Shown one piece after another: positions 13,945-27,862 of a stretch of 64,000 nucleotides of DNA. The DNA comes from Monocercomonoides exilis PA203. Taxonomy: Eukaryota; Protista; Preaxostyla. The notes under the pieces are model-generated. The model had not been told where the DNA came from. It was given only the letters and a program-made list of their open reading frames with translations, and did no database searches. The stretch lies in assembly GCA_001643675.2 (NCBI GenBank), contig LSRY02000032.1, forward strand, positions 1 to 64,000, given 5' to 3'. Numbering within the stretch: position 1 is the first letter of the stretch; every line of letters starts with the position of its first letter. A program made the position numbers and the translations under genes.

Positions 13945-16900
13945 AAAATGGAGGCTTCTATATTAATCATAATTAATTGAATATTTGCGACTTTTCAAAA
14001 GAATAACCCAATTTTCAGTAAAAATGGTTTGATTTTTGAAACAGTCACACAGGTGAAATTCATTTCATTTTGAAAAGGAAAGAAATAAATAGCAATTAAG
14101 AGAATTGATTCATTCGAAAAACATTCAAAAAAACAAAAGAAAATAATCATTTTGAGAAAAGTGTTGATAATCGTTTGTCATATTCATAATTTACCATAAA
14201 ATTTTAAGTTCCTATAATGCTGATATTTATCATTTCTTTCTGAATTTATTGATATTATCATGGTTCAAGAACTTTGAATTTTGAATGCAAATTTTGAAAT
14301 ATTTGGAATTGATGTTGGTTGAGTGAATTTTAAAATCAAATATGTGATATTAAAAAAATGATATATTTTTCTCTTTTAAAAAAATCAGAATCAAGTGAAA
14401 TATATTCATATTGATTTTCAGATTGAAATAATTATGAACGCAATCTCACTAAATTTTGTGTGAATTTTTTATTCCGTTTCTTTATGCAATACGCTCTCGG
14501 AAATTAAAATAAAGTTTCGATGATAAACAATTATTTCTTTTGATGAAGTGCCAACGAAAAATTATGTGCACAAACACTTTTGCTTGCTATTTTTGAAAAC
14601 TTTTCACGCGAACAGACTAAAATTATTTAATAATAATTTTTAACACGGCAAGTGGCATCAATCGACACTATTTTGACTCATTACATTCATATTTATGTTA
14701 TTTCTTTTCTTAAACAATCTCTGAATTGAAGATTTTTTAGTGTTATACGACTAATTGTTTTCGCGTTTTATTTGCTATGGTTAAGAAAGGTAAAAAAAGT
14801 TAGGGTTTTCCTAGAAAATCTAATTATTTTTGTAAATAAATGATAAGAAAGAGATGATTTTTAATATTTGAATATAGTTATTTTTCTAAATAAAATTAGA
14901 ATATATGGATGATTATTTTTGAAATCATATTTTTTTGAACAAAAAATTCGATTTGATAATATCGTTTTGAATATTGATAAATGGACACGGAAAGTGATAA
15001 ATCCTATAAAGACAATCTTTGTATTCCATTTTCATCAAATATTGGCTTTTGACACAATTGAAATGATTTTTCATTTCAAAGATTAATTGATTCTCTTTGA
15101 CAATGAATTATCAAAATAATCAGCATCCCGAAAAAGTTATGATTTCAAAATAATCACCCATATTAAATATTTATCATTTAATATGTTGGGAAAATGATTA
15201 TGGATGTTAATTTTAGGGTGTCGGTTGAGTTCACTCTTACCTTTAATACAAATAACTATCTTGTTTTTTCAATAAAAAATATAATCACAAATTGGTTTGT
15301 TGAATTTTATTAAAATGAATAAGAATTTTTTTCAGTGATTTTCAGAAACACTTTTGTTTATGTGCTAACAGTCAAACAATTAAATAACATCCAAAAAAGT
15401 GTGGAATATTGCTTCTAATATCATCATAAATTCAAGTATTGAATTAACAAATAAAAAATTATTATTTGATTTTAAATTGAAACAACAATAGAATTTATAT
15501 TTAGTTAAAACAAAGAATTTTTTGAATCATAATCGTGCTTTCTTGATTGATTTTTTCTCCCGATTTTGAATCATTTTTTTGGTGAATTTCTTTGAAATGA
15601 AAAATACTATTAATAACATAATTCAACTTGGAAGAAAGCCAATGCCTCAAAAATAGACATGTGCTGAAATGCAGAGTGTATGTGGCACGTGCATGCAAAT
15701 GCCATGAATCAGCCAATAGAAGAAAAGGCACGTAGAAGAAATCCTTTCTTCACAAACAAAAAATATAAAGGAAAAAATAAAAGAAAGAAAAGAAAAGAGA
15801 GCAAGATAAATTCAAGCAGATATCGCAATTGTGCGTGATGACGGGCATCTCACCATATTCGTCACACAAAATGCGGCTGCAATCCATCCATTCATTTGCT
15901 TCCAATGCTTCTTCAATGGATCTTCTATCTGTGAAATCTTGTGTGACCAATTCCACTAGCCTCTTCTTTTTCCGTTTCTCTTTTCTTTGTCATTCCATTT
16001 TCAAACATTGTTATGCTCATCCGTCAAAATCACGCTCACTTTAATTTCTGCCTTCTCAGTTGCTTCCTTCCCCACTGAACCTGCTGTATTTCCTGTAGCT
16101 TCCTGATTCTTCCTCCAGCCCAATCGCATCGGTCACTGTGAGCATGACTGTCCCGGCCGGGAACAGCCCAATTAGCACCCGCTTCACATCTGTCAGAGTG
16201 CACCTGTCCCTCGCCTCTTGCGAAAAGCACCCTTTCACCAGCCCTTCCAGCCTGCTCCCTTCCAGTCCTCCCGTCTTCGGCCGCTTTCCTTCTTTCAGCC
16301 ACATCCCCGCCACCTCTGCTTCATACTCGCCAAACGGGATCTCCAGCGTCAGACTCTCCCACAGCATCATCCCAATCGAGAACACAACTGTCTTCTTTGT
16401 GGCTCCCAGATCTTTGTTCATCAGCAGCTCTGGCGCCTTCCACCGCAGACACTCTTTCCGGTTGTCATCCTCATCCTCAAAGGCCGACGAAGGTGGTGGT
16501 GATTTTGAGAATCTCTCGCTCTTCACAGAAACATCAGAGGAAGAGGTGACAATTGTCGAGGTGGAAGAAAAAGTGGATGAAGTGTCTGAGTCTGAGGAGC
16601 AGTCGGAGTGGAGTGCAATGCAGATCACCATGTGCTCAGAAAACAGCACGATGTGAGGGCTGAGGTTGGCAAGAGAAGGCAATTCCTGTTCTTCATCAAA
16701 TGAGTGGAGGGCAAGGTTGGCCACCCAGAACAGGATCTGAGCAGCCGAGACCTCCGCTCCTGCAGAGTGCCTATCGCCATCTCTTTCTTCTCATTCCTTC
16801 CATGAAGCAACATGAACAGCGAATCCCTCAAGTCCACAATGAGCTTCTCATGTGGCGATGAACAGGCCATTGCATCCACCAGATTCGACATCGATGAGGT

Positions 16901-19900
16901 GGTTGGACACAGATCCTCTCCTCGAACAAATGTTGTGTCTGTGTCTGTAGTGTCTGTTGTTGAGGTGGATGAAATGGATGGCGATGGTGTTCTTTTCTCG
17001 TCTCTTCCTCATCTTCAACCTTCTCAAGCATCCATTGAGGGATCTTGTCTGAATCTCTCCCAAGATGTATTCTGTTGAGCCACTCTCACTCAACAAATGC
17101 TCTGATGACTCTGAATGTCCCAAGCTTTTCTCATACACTCTCTTCTTTATCCTCTCTTCATTCTTCTTCTCTGCCTCCCTCTCAGCTCTCCTCCACTGCT
17201 CCTCGGGTGACATCTCCATCGTCACCATCTCAAACGCTTTCGGATCCTTCTTCACTGTGTCTTCAACAATCACTTCCAGCTCTTCTGTTCTTCTCTTTTG
17301 CTTTCTCCATCGGACTATAAATATAATCAATGTTATTAAAAGAATTACTACTACTGCGATGCAAACAATAACTGGCCATGATGCATTTGGGCTTTGTGCT
17401 CCTTCTGTTATTTTCTCATCGCCAAAGCTCTTCTGCTCGCTCCTGTTCTTCAGGATGAAAGAATCAGTTGGTCGCCGAATGCTCTCGTCTCCAAACAGAA
17501 TGCACACTGACACTTCAACCTCTTCCGATACTCCATTTATTTTTGTGGAAGGTATCCAGCTGTGAATCTCAGTTTCAGATTTGTAGTCGCTCTCATTCAT
17601 ATTTTGCTTTTCTATTTGAGACTCACTTCCAATTGAAAAAGCTATCTGAACTGTCAGATTGCATGGAAGAAGAAGCCTTCCGATGAATGTGAGCTCTGTT
17701 GTAATTTCTCCTTTTTCCATCTTCACCGACTCTAGCACAGGGATAAAAAATGATGATGCTCGCTCTGAAGCAATTCCACCAAGCACACAATTGCTATTTG
17801 CAATCCACATGGATGTGCTTGGCAACATGCCGTCTCCTCCTTTCAGGCTTGCGATTGACAGCATGCCACGATCAGCGCATGCTATATTCCTTCGTGCAGA
17901 TGGATATCCTTTCACCTTTGCATTGTTGTCCCGAAACTCCCTTGATCTATCATCACATTCCCTCCAGACACAAATAATCCCCGATTGGCGATTCTGATAT
18001 GGTGGTGCCTCTTATTATTGTCTCAGACTGTTGCAGGGCAACTAGTGATCCATTCCATTTGCATATCTCGCTTCTTGGCGTCTTTGACTCCACGGTGTCG
18101 TCCATTCCTTTCCCGCTAAAGCTGCAGTATTCAATTTCTGTTTCATGGCATCTATCAGAAGATAGCAACATGCCATTCTGCACAAGTGCCGAGCATCTGC
18201 TAAAAGTGATGTTTCGCATTCGCAGATTTGTTAAGCGCGTAAAACAGAAAAGTGTTTGCTTTCTTGCCTCGATTGATATATTTTTAAATGAGCCCATTGA
18301 AAGAGAGTATTCTTCACTGTTTCCACTCCTCTCACCAGCATTTATTCCCTGAAAGGCAAACAGCGCTCCACTGCCGCACACAACATCATGGCACTCGACT
18401 TTTTCCATGCCCAATAATTCGCATTCTTTTACAAGAATCGCATCACATGCACAGAAAAGCGATTCCATGATTAGGAAGTGCAGCGCAGCGTTGATTGTCC
18501 TTCACATGCTATCAGCGGACATTCTGACGATATCTGTCTCAGTGTTGTGTTTTCCAGTTGCAGACATCCCCTTGCCTCCACTTGCACCAAAATGGCATTT
18601 ATCTTGGTGGAATCTCCCATCTCTGCATCGCTTCGAAACGAGCACCTTGTCATTTGTGTTGTGCCTCTGCTGCACTCCACAAAGCATCCATGACCACGCA
18701 TGCTCTCTGCACAAACAACAAACGAAATCCCCCTGAAGAAAACTGCCTCCGAACACAGCACCACATACTGGCGTGTGCATTCCAGTTGTGTGCCAATGCG
18801 CAGAAGTGCAGTCTCTGATCCCCGCGATCGTATCGATACATTTGCCACGTCCACTTCCTTTCCAATCAACCCTTCTCCAACAACCACAATCTGGCTTTCA
18901 AAGTCATATGTGAGATGGCCAACAGCATACCCAACCGACAAGCATGGAAGCGCCTGAGTTCCACAGTTTTTGCTGTCTTCACTTGCTGATCCATCATCCG
19001 AGCTCGTGAAGATCGTGTCATTCTGATATATCACAATAAACTCAATCAGATTCACTGCCTCCACACACAACTCTGCTCTGTCTATTCCAAATATTGCATT
19101 CAGCCTGTTGTACTTCGATTCTCTCAGATCAAACTGGAACTGCGTCTCGTTGATCTGCTCTTTGATGTTGTTGCACTCCACAAACAAATCCCTCCCGATA
19201 TGCGCAATGTTCGAGTCGAACTTGATATTAGCAAAAAGCATGTTCAGGCTTCCTGCATGCACAGCCTCAACATAGAAGCCGCCTCCACACCCATTCTGTG
19301 CCGAACAGCTGCACAGCCCAATCGTCGAACCCCTCACGTCCAAGCATCCGCCAGAGCTCAATCGAAACAGAATTGCCCCTCCTTTCTGCGAATTGCTGCT
19401 TGTGCACATTTCAAGCATACTCGAATTAATGCAAAGTTTGCTTCCACTGCCTCTTCCTCCAACAACCACAACGCTTCCGCTCTCTCCGTTGTTTGTGATA
19501 TTCTTGAATGAGCACTTGTTTAATGAAATCCCTGCTCCAGCGTTTTTGCTGTTCATTTGCTCAGAGTCGTCATCTCTCATGCTAATTATGCATCCTTCTT
19601 CAACATTTATCAATTCTGCACTGACAGAATCCAACACACAATCCACATGAGACGCTATTTCCATCAAACTTCTTCCAAACGATGAGCGGCTCACTGTCAT
19701 TCCTTCCAGCAGCACAGCCCCTCTCAGCACAACGACAAATGAAGCGCTATTTTCCAGCAAAGCTCTGCCGTTCATCCAAGCCTCGCAGCTCGTCAACCTC
19801 AAGTTCCCATCTTCGCTGACAATCACCCCGTTTTCCTCGTTTGAAAACCCCTCTGCCACAACAAACGAGATCTTTTCAAAACAAAGCACCCCTGCATTTC

Positions 19901-22900
19901 GCATGCACACGTCATGTTGTTCGTCATCGCCCTGCACGACGCAAAGCTCAGCTCTTGATTGCTCCTCTTCTTCCTCCCCAATCGACTTCACTTCATAATC
20001 CGAAAGCACCCCATTCTCCTTGTAGTTGCAGCCTCCATCGATCACAACTATTTTTGTGGGGGACTCTGACTCAAATTGCTTCACCCCGTGAGTCCAGCTC
20101 CTGCACGGATCCTCTGCTCCTCCACATCGCAACAAGTCATACCCGGCTCGAGCAATGTGCACTGTGCTTCCTTTGTACTGCACAAGAAACCTCAGAAGCG
20201 TTGTTTCATTATGCACTGCATCGCTTCCCATCAGCCCATTGTCATCTTCCTTGACAAAATCCAACGAAAACATGAAGCTCGACTTTGTCACTGTGGCATT
20301 CAGGTCTTTACACGCAACAAACATGTGCTCCCCGATTTGTGCGTGATTCGCTGCAAAATTGACACTTTTCAGCAGCAAACAATTAGACTGAACGGCTTCT
20401 TTCCCATCAACATACAAAGCGCCCCCTTTCCCATTCTCTTCAGTGCATGCACACCCTTCCAGTGTGCATCCCTCCATCTTTACCGAATCACCGCCACTCG
20501 TTTTGATTTGCATCAGCCCTCCTTCCTTGCTTGATCTCGTTTGAGCCGTGCTGAATGAGCTGTTTATCGCACACATTGTGCCACGAACAGAAAAGGGAGC
20601 AGAAGCATACTCGCCAGACGATGTGTACGAACTGCTTTCAATAACAAGCTCGCCCCCTGTGACTGATACAGCCACATATTGAACTGCAGCGCCACTCGCT
20701 TTGGATATGGAGCAGTTGATAATCGACAGCAAAGAGCTTGCAGACGACGAAGCAATCATCGAACGAACGGCAGATGATGCTGTTGGGGGAAATGAGAATT
20801 TGATTGTGCGGAACAACAGCGCCTTGGCATTCCAAAACACTGCACCAGATATCCCATCCTGGATGTCATGTGAAATGTGCAGTTTGCTGTATTCTTCTGC
20901 TGGCAACGAAGCAACAACAAATGAAGACATATCGTATCCGCGACTGACTGTTGCACCCTCCTGTATTGCCAGCTCCTTTGGATCTGCGTCTGCCTGCGTG
21001 TTGCAATAGCCTCTCCAAAATGACTGGCAGGGATGCATCAGCACCCCGCAGCCCAAAGTGTCATACCCTTCGCTGGACACAACAGCCTGCATGCAGTGCG
21101 CCTGAATAAGAAACAGCCTCAAATCCACTGGAGAGGGAAAGCGCGTTGCATCAATACCCTTCAGATCAGCAGCCTTCCCGTCGCTCCCACTTGCCAGCTC
21201 AAACCTGAACCTTTCTTGTGTCACCGATGCATTTAGTTCTACACATTCCACAAACATGTCCTTCCCTCAAAGGCATCATTCTCACTCAACTGAATATTTT
21301 TGAAGTAAAAATCTCCACCAAACCCGGCACACAGCTTGACGAACAGGCATCCTCCATAACCTTTCTCATTGTCGCATGCCCAATGGCTCATTGCCCCAGA
21401 TTCTATCTTCAGCTCTGCTTCCTTGCTCATTTCGCAGCAAGCAAAACTCCCATTCACTGAACTTCGCCCACAACCCTCAAGCGCACACTCCTCGCCCATC
21501 ATCAAGCTCGACCCTTCCTTCACAGTGACAAATCGTCCTTTCTCTGCTCTTGCATGGCTCACGTTCATCATGCTGAATTCCACCCGAGCATTGCCTCTGC
21601 TTTCAAACATATTCGGGCCATCTGTTGCAATGTGGGAAATTGTGACGTTTTGGCAAACCATTTCTCCACCAAGGCAAAGTCCAATCCCACATTCATTGCA
21701 AAAATCAACACTTTCAAACTGAACAGAACTCATCTCAACTGCACCTCCGGTTTCATATACCAGCCATCTTGTCACCTCTGATTGGTCTTCATCTCCTCCT
21801 TCGCCTCCTCTTCCAAATGCACAATCTGTCACTGCGCATCGTCCGCAGCTGATAGCAAAGACAGAATTCAACTCAAAAGAAGATACCGAAGATAATTGTG
21901 AAGAAGTTAATGCTGGCGAAAGTTCTGTTGCAAATCTGAAAGTCAAGCCTCGAAGCGAAAGGGATATGTTTTCATGAGACACACATAGCTGCCCGCTTTG
22001 TTTTATCTCCAGCTCTGGGTGAATTGCCTTTGCCCCTTCAATTGCGAGCGATGAGTCTCGATCAATAACTGATCCCAAAAATGTGCCCGACACAATCCTT
22101 ATTGTGGTCTGATTTTCGTTCATTGCTTTGAACCCATGCAACACATCGCCACATGGTGTTTCTTCGTGCCCACACCCCTCTGAATTTATCACTGTTCCAT
22201 CAACAAATACAATCTCCTCGCCTGCCGGAAAAAGCATAACTAATATCGAAGTGTTGATTACCACTCCAGAACTCTCATCATAAACCCAAAACCGCTCTTT
22301 TTCATCATCCTCTTCGACTGTTCCTTCCCACAACTCCTGATACAGCATCTTTCTCGCCTGCGGGCAAATCACATACACATCTTTCCCCACGCTTGCTTTG
22401 TTCTCTGCAAATGTGTTGTGCTTCATGCTGTACTTTACACTCACATCCACAAACCGAGCAAACAACCCTCCCCCAAACCCTGCTTCTTCATCCACCCCCA
22501 TTCTTTCAAAAACGCACCCCTCAATAATCAGCTTCCCATTTCTCATCACCTCCACAGCTCCGCACCCTCCCCTTCCAGCATGCTCCCCACAACTCACATT
22601 GCCAAATGTGCTCCCTCGGATCTCGCACTTGCACCCTTCTCCTATTTCTCCACTGAATGCCCCTCCACTCCCTGCTGTTCTCGACACGTTCCAGATGCTC
22701 AGCCCTTTCATGTTAACGGATGCGCACCCGCAAAACCACACCAAGCAGCTGTCTCCAAGAGCAGACGAATTCATCCAAGAATCATTCATGCTGAGCAATC
22801 CACAGCTTTGCCCACACACAACTCCTCTTTCTCCTTCCACAGAAATACCCTCAAACTTCACCCCACTTAGCTCCACTTTTGAGTCCAGCCCTCTTCCATC

Positions 22901-25900
22901 CACAAGCCCATGTTGCACAGCACACAACTCCATCGCTGAAAAATCATCCATCACAAGCATCCCTCCTTCCACACTAACAAATGAATAATCAATCCTCCTT
23001 GAGTCTGCCTCAACCTTCGCCAAACACCTTCTGAGCTCCAGTTTGTCTTTGCTGCACCTCAGAAAGCTTTCACGTTGGTAGTTAAATGAAGGCGGCATCC
23101 CAAATGAGACATCTTCAAAAGTGATGTTCTTTTTGGTCTCTATCAACCAGTCGGATTCTCCTTCTCCTTCTCCATGGACCATTCTTTCGTGGCTGTTGCC
23201 TTGGGTGTTGATGGTCATTTCTTGAGCATCCAGAATTATGGAATCGCAAAACCCAAAGTCTGCAAGAAGCGTAACCACCACGTTTTCCGATCCTTTTCGC
23301 AGTGCTGCAGCATGCACAATTCCTCTGCACGGATAATCCTCAAACCCGCATAATACATAATCGCACCCTTTGTCTCCAACAAACACATTCCCTGCGCTTT
23401 CTCGAAAGAACACAACAAGCGGAATCGGATTCTCTCTTGCTCCATTTTCCATCCCCATCAAATCCCACAGCCTGGGCGACTCTTCAACTTTCTTCATAAA
23501 GTCAAAGTTGAACGAGCCTTCATTCACCACCATTGATAAATTCACACACGAAACAAACACATTGTTTCCTCCCTTGTCAGCCATGTTCGCTTTTTCCCCT
23601 TCTCCAAATTTCACCCCCGCAATTATCATATCACTTGCCTCTTCAATGCACTTCACCAGCATTCCTCCTCCAAATCCCTTCAATCCGCCACATTCGCCAG
23701 CCAGCGCTCGGCATCCTTCAGCCAGCATTCTATTCCCACTCTCTCCGACACGAAGTCTTGCTGTCTTCGACAACTCCACAAAGCATCCTCCTCCGCTTCC
23801 TCCACTCACAGTGCAGTTCTCCATGTTCACATCGTTCAGCTCAAGCACCATCCCTTCATCCAACATCCCAAACAGCACACATCCTTTTTCTCCGTTCCTT
23901 GACAAGCCTCTGAACGTGCAGTTCCTCACTCCCATCCACTTTCCCAGCTTATCTGCCAGCCTCACGCTGCCTGATCTGTCATCTGCCCCTTCCTCTGAAA
24001 ATGTCGTGTTTCCTATTTCCAGAGTGCCAGATGATGCATAGACAACGCATCCATCTGTTGCTTCCGAACCCTTTGCATTCATCATTGTGCATTCATCCAT
24101 GGTGCAGCTTCCTTCTCCTGTGATCCAAATCATGGCTCCACACGCACACACAGCATTCCTGATGGTCACATCATTCAACGTTGTCTGCCCTCCTGTGCAG
24201 GCGATCATGGAATATGCAGCTGTGAGTGACGAGCGTACACTCAGAGCGCACGAGCTCAATGTCAAGACTCCACTTTTCGTGCATATTAGATAAAACCTCG
24301 TGTTCAAGCTCGCTGGCCCAGTAATCTTCAGTCCCGTAAATGTTGTCGCACAGCTTGTCTCTATCATCCCATCCTGTTTCTTTGCAGCATTTTCGAACAC
24401 GTCTATTTGAGAATATACTGATGTGCCGTTCAGCACAAATACTCCGCTGACAAGACTTGCCTCCGAGTATAGCGGCACAGTGTTTGATATTGATGCGTTG
24501 AGTCCGTTTTCCTCCACCCACCGAGCCATCACAAAGTCCATCGTTTCGCACCCGTGTCCAGCATATCCACATCTGTCGAAATCTTTTTTGTTATCTCCAC
24601 CAACCATAACTGGCTCAGGGTCGTCACGCAGATACAGCACCAACGGGATTGCATATGTGCTGTTTCCTCCTTCATATCCCTCAAGCTCCTCTTCATTTGT
24701 GGTGTCAGCCACAAATCCGAGTGTGGCTTTTGTCACAGAAGCTGTGAAGTTGGGGGCTGTTAAAAACAGATTGTGTCCATGCCTGTCTGCTTGACATCCA
24801 TCAAACTTCACTGCATTCAGCCCCATATTCACGTCACTGCTATTTGTCTCCAAATACATCCCTCCTCCATATCCCCCACTCCCTGCTGCAAAAACTGCTT
24901 TGCACTTGCTCACAATCGTCTCCATGCTTCTTCCAATCTGCAGCTTGCTTCCGCCTTCCAGCACCAGTCTCAGCATTCCCCCGTTTCCTCTTGGGCATGT
25001 CCCACTCATGTTTCCTCCATCTACAACCATTTCGCACCCCACTCCCAGCGTTCCGCGAAGGAAACACCCATCTCCTTGACCAGAAAGAGAGCAGTCTACG
25101 CTTGTCTCGCTCACATTGGTCTTCCTGGCTTTGTTCACAACAATCATCGGCTGCTTGCTTCCGCTGCTGCTTTCAAACGCACTCTTGCTGATTTTTGCCG
25201 TGGAGCCATCGCGAAGCACAATCAACCCTTCTTCTCCCCAGCTTGTCGTGTCAGCGAACGTTGCCTGCATCATCACCGTTTCAGACTCCGTTCCGCTGCA
25301 CCTCACAAACGGCTCCACCAAAAAGCACAAATGCTCCACAACAACACTGCTCATCAGCATCTTCCCCTTTCTCACACACACAAAACAGAACGGGACAGAC
25401 AGCACATCCGCATCGCCGCTCACCCGCGATGAAGAGAGCGTCAGCGCACCATTCCCTTCCCCTTCGACTGCAAACACACAAGTCTGCGACTGTTTCAGTT
25501 CAGGCTCCAAGGCAAATGCCACAAGTGATATCTGCACACTGCTCCCCACCTTCACCATCTCGTACAGCCCACTCTCGTTCCCAACCATCCTCACCTCCGA
25601 CATCCCTTCTTTCCCGCTCAAGTCATATCCCTCTGCTCCATCAAGCACCAGGCACTCTCTCCATGTGTAGCTCTTGTTGTACAGCACCAGATGCATCCCT
25701 TCCTGCTGCCCAAATGCATAGTCCATCGTCTTGCACTGATACTTTGCAAATCCACATGCACTCACATCCACTCCCCCGTCTCCCACACTCACTCGCGCTT
25801 CTCGCAGCTGCAGGAAATACACCAGCGGGATTCCAATATTCGGTGTTCTTCCATCTTCTCCCTGCATCTCTTGCTCCGAGAAATACTCTGGATAGAACGG

Positions 25901-27862
25901 AAAATGTGCTTGAACAGTGCTTTTCTTGAGGTCCGGAGATTTGACAAACACATTTCGCCCCCAATCCGCATTGTTCTCCTCAAACAACGGGCGAGCCACA
26001 CAGAAGTCTTCGCCTCCATCCTTCAGCACCAAACATATCCCTCCACCTCTGCTCTCTCCAGCAAAACCTCCTTCCCCACTCCGTTCTGCCCAGCATTGCT
26101 TCATCCCTGTGACTGAACTTTCTGATCCTATTCTCGCACAGCTTCCTCCAACCATCTCCACCCAAATCGCTCCGCCATCCCCCGCACTGCACCTGCACCC
26201 GGTCATCGTCACATTCCCAAACTCAAACATCTCTCCTGCCTCCAACGCCTTCTCTGCCACTCCCCCGTTTCCATTTCTTCTCGTTATCTGAGTTATATTC
26301 CCGCCTCGAACACAAACACTTCCTTCAGCACTCCACATCAGCAGACTGCACCCTTCCAGACGCACATTCTCCACTTGGCAGTCCTCGATAGCAATCTTTC
26401 CCCTCCCTGCCACAAAAAGCGGCTCGTGAAACGACAAATCCACAGAGTCCGCTTGTATCGTGCAATTCTTTACATGCGCCAAACCCTCATACCCATCCAC
26501 TGCAAACAGAGACGAACCCCTCGAATTTCCTGTATCATGAATCACTGTCCACCCCTCCAACTCCAGCTTCCCGCTACCCACACTGAACAGCGAGCCGCTT
26601 TCCACATCCGACCGAATCGTTCCATGTTCCATTGTTGCATCTTTGCTTATGCAAATCTCCAGCCCGGAGATGCTCACAGCCTTCTCCACACTCACCTCGC
26701 TGCACACCACAACCCCTGTGTGTCTGTGGCTCACCCACTGTGTCACCGCAAACGCGATTGTCCTGCACTCTGCTCCATTCTTCCCGCATCCTGCATCATC
26801 GCTTCCCCCAGCTGAGTCGACTCTCAGAGGATCGTACACTGCAGGCACATCTGGGAGCCACCCTGCTTTGTCTCCGTTGCAATACACTCTCCCGGTCTGA
26901 CTTGATGTCGAATATGAATATATTATCCACTCTTTGGTTGCATTAACTGTATTATTTGCTCTAAAATGGATATCATTCCCTTCATTTGTTGGGGATATGT
27001 TATTATCAAATAGGCAATATTTTATAAAGATCATTTTATTTGTATAAAACTCAAAACTGAGTGCTCCGGCAAAACCGTTTTCCACTTTTGAATCTTTGAT
27101 CAAACTGTTGGTTATAGAATCATTGAATGTTCCATTGTATAAATGAAAAGAACCTCTTGATACAATTGCTTCATTTTTGTCGAACAAGCAGTCAATAAGT
27201 TCCAATTTTTTATGCTGTTCAATGTTAAATGCTCCACATGTGCGAGAAAAGCAATTTTTGAACTCGCATTGTTTCAAAAATGTGAAAGCATTGAAAACAG
27301 CCAAAGCTCCTCCAAAAGGTTGAACTGATGAACAATTGCATGAGCACCCATAAAACAAAGTGTTTAAAACAGTGCAATTCGCTCTTGTGAATGTGTAAAC
27401 AGCACCTCCTCTTGGCATATTTTCTCCACAATAAGTTATTGAGCAATTTGTGAAAGTGCAACTTCTGAGTGTCAGAGAAGCACTCCCACCAACATTTAGT
27501 GCGCCTCCATTCCGTGTCGCTGATGTGCATGATTCAAATCTGCAACTGTCGAACTCTATTTGTCCACTCGAAAACGAAGGCAGTGAAGTGTTGAAGCATT
27601 GATCCTTTTGAATGTCATGCGATCTGAGAAACGAAGAGTTGAACACGACTAACTTTGCGAGCCTCGTTGCACTCTCATCAACACTCAACAGTGATTGGTC
27701 ACAGTCAACCAGCAAGATGCTGGAGACAAGAGATTTCTGGAGATGGTTTGCTTCTGAGAAAGCAGTGGTGCTGCTGTGTGCAATGTTTGTTGACACATTC
27801 ATAAACACCACGTTTTCCATCGACATGTGCAAAAGAGACAGCGAACCAAACACAGACAAGAA
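13945..27862. repeat. Right arm of the inverted duplication
   Basis: Starts with AAAATGGAGG (13945-13954), the complement of 13823-13832. It is 13,918 bp versus 13,832 bp for the left arm; the difference comes from small indels. Confidence 0.98.

Noticed and set aside
21255-21270. Programmed -1 ribosomal frameshift between the 2399-aa and 928-aa ORFs
   Set aside because: G GGA AGG is not a canonical X XXY YYZ slippery site, and identical-type breaks nearby are shown to be errors by the other arm.
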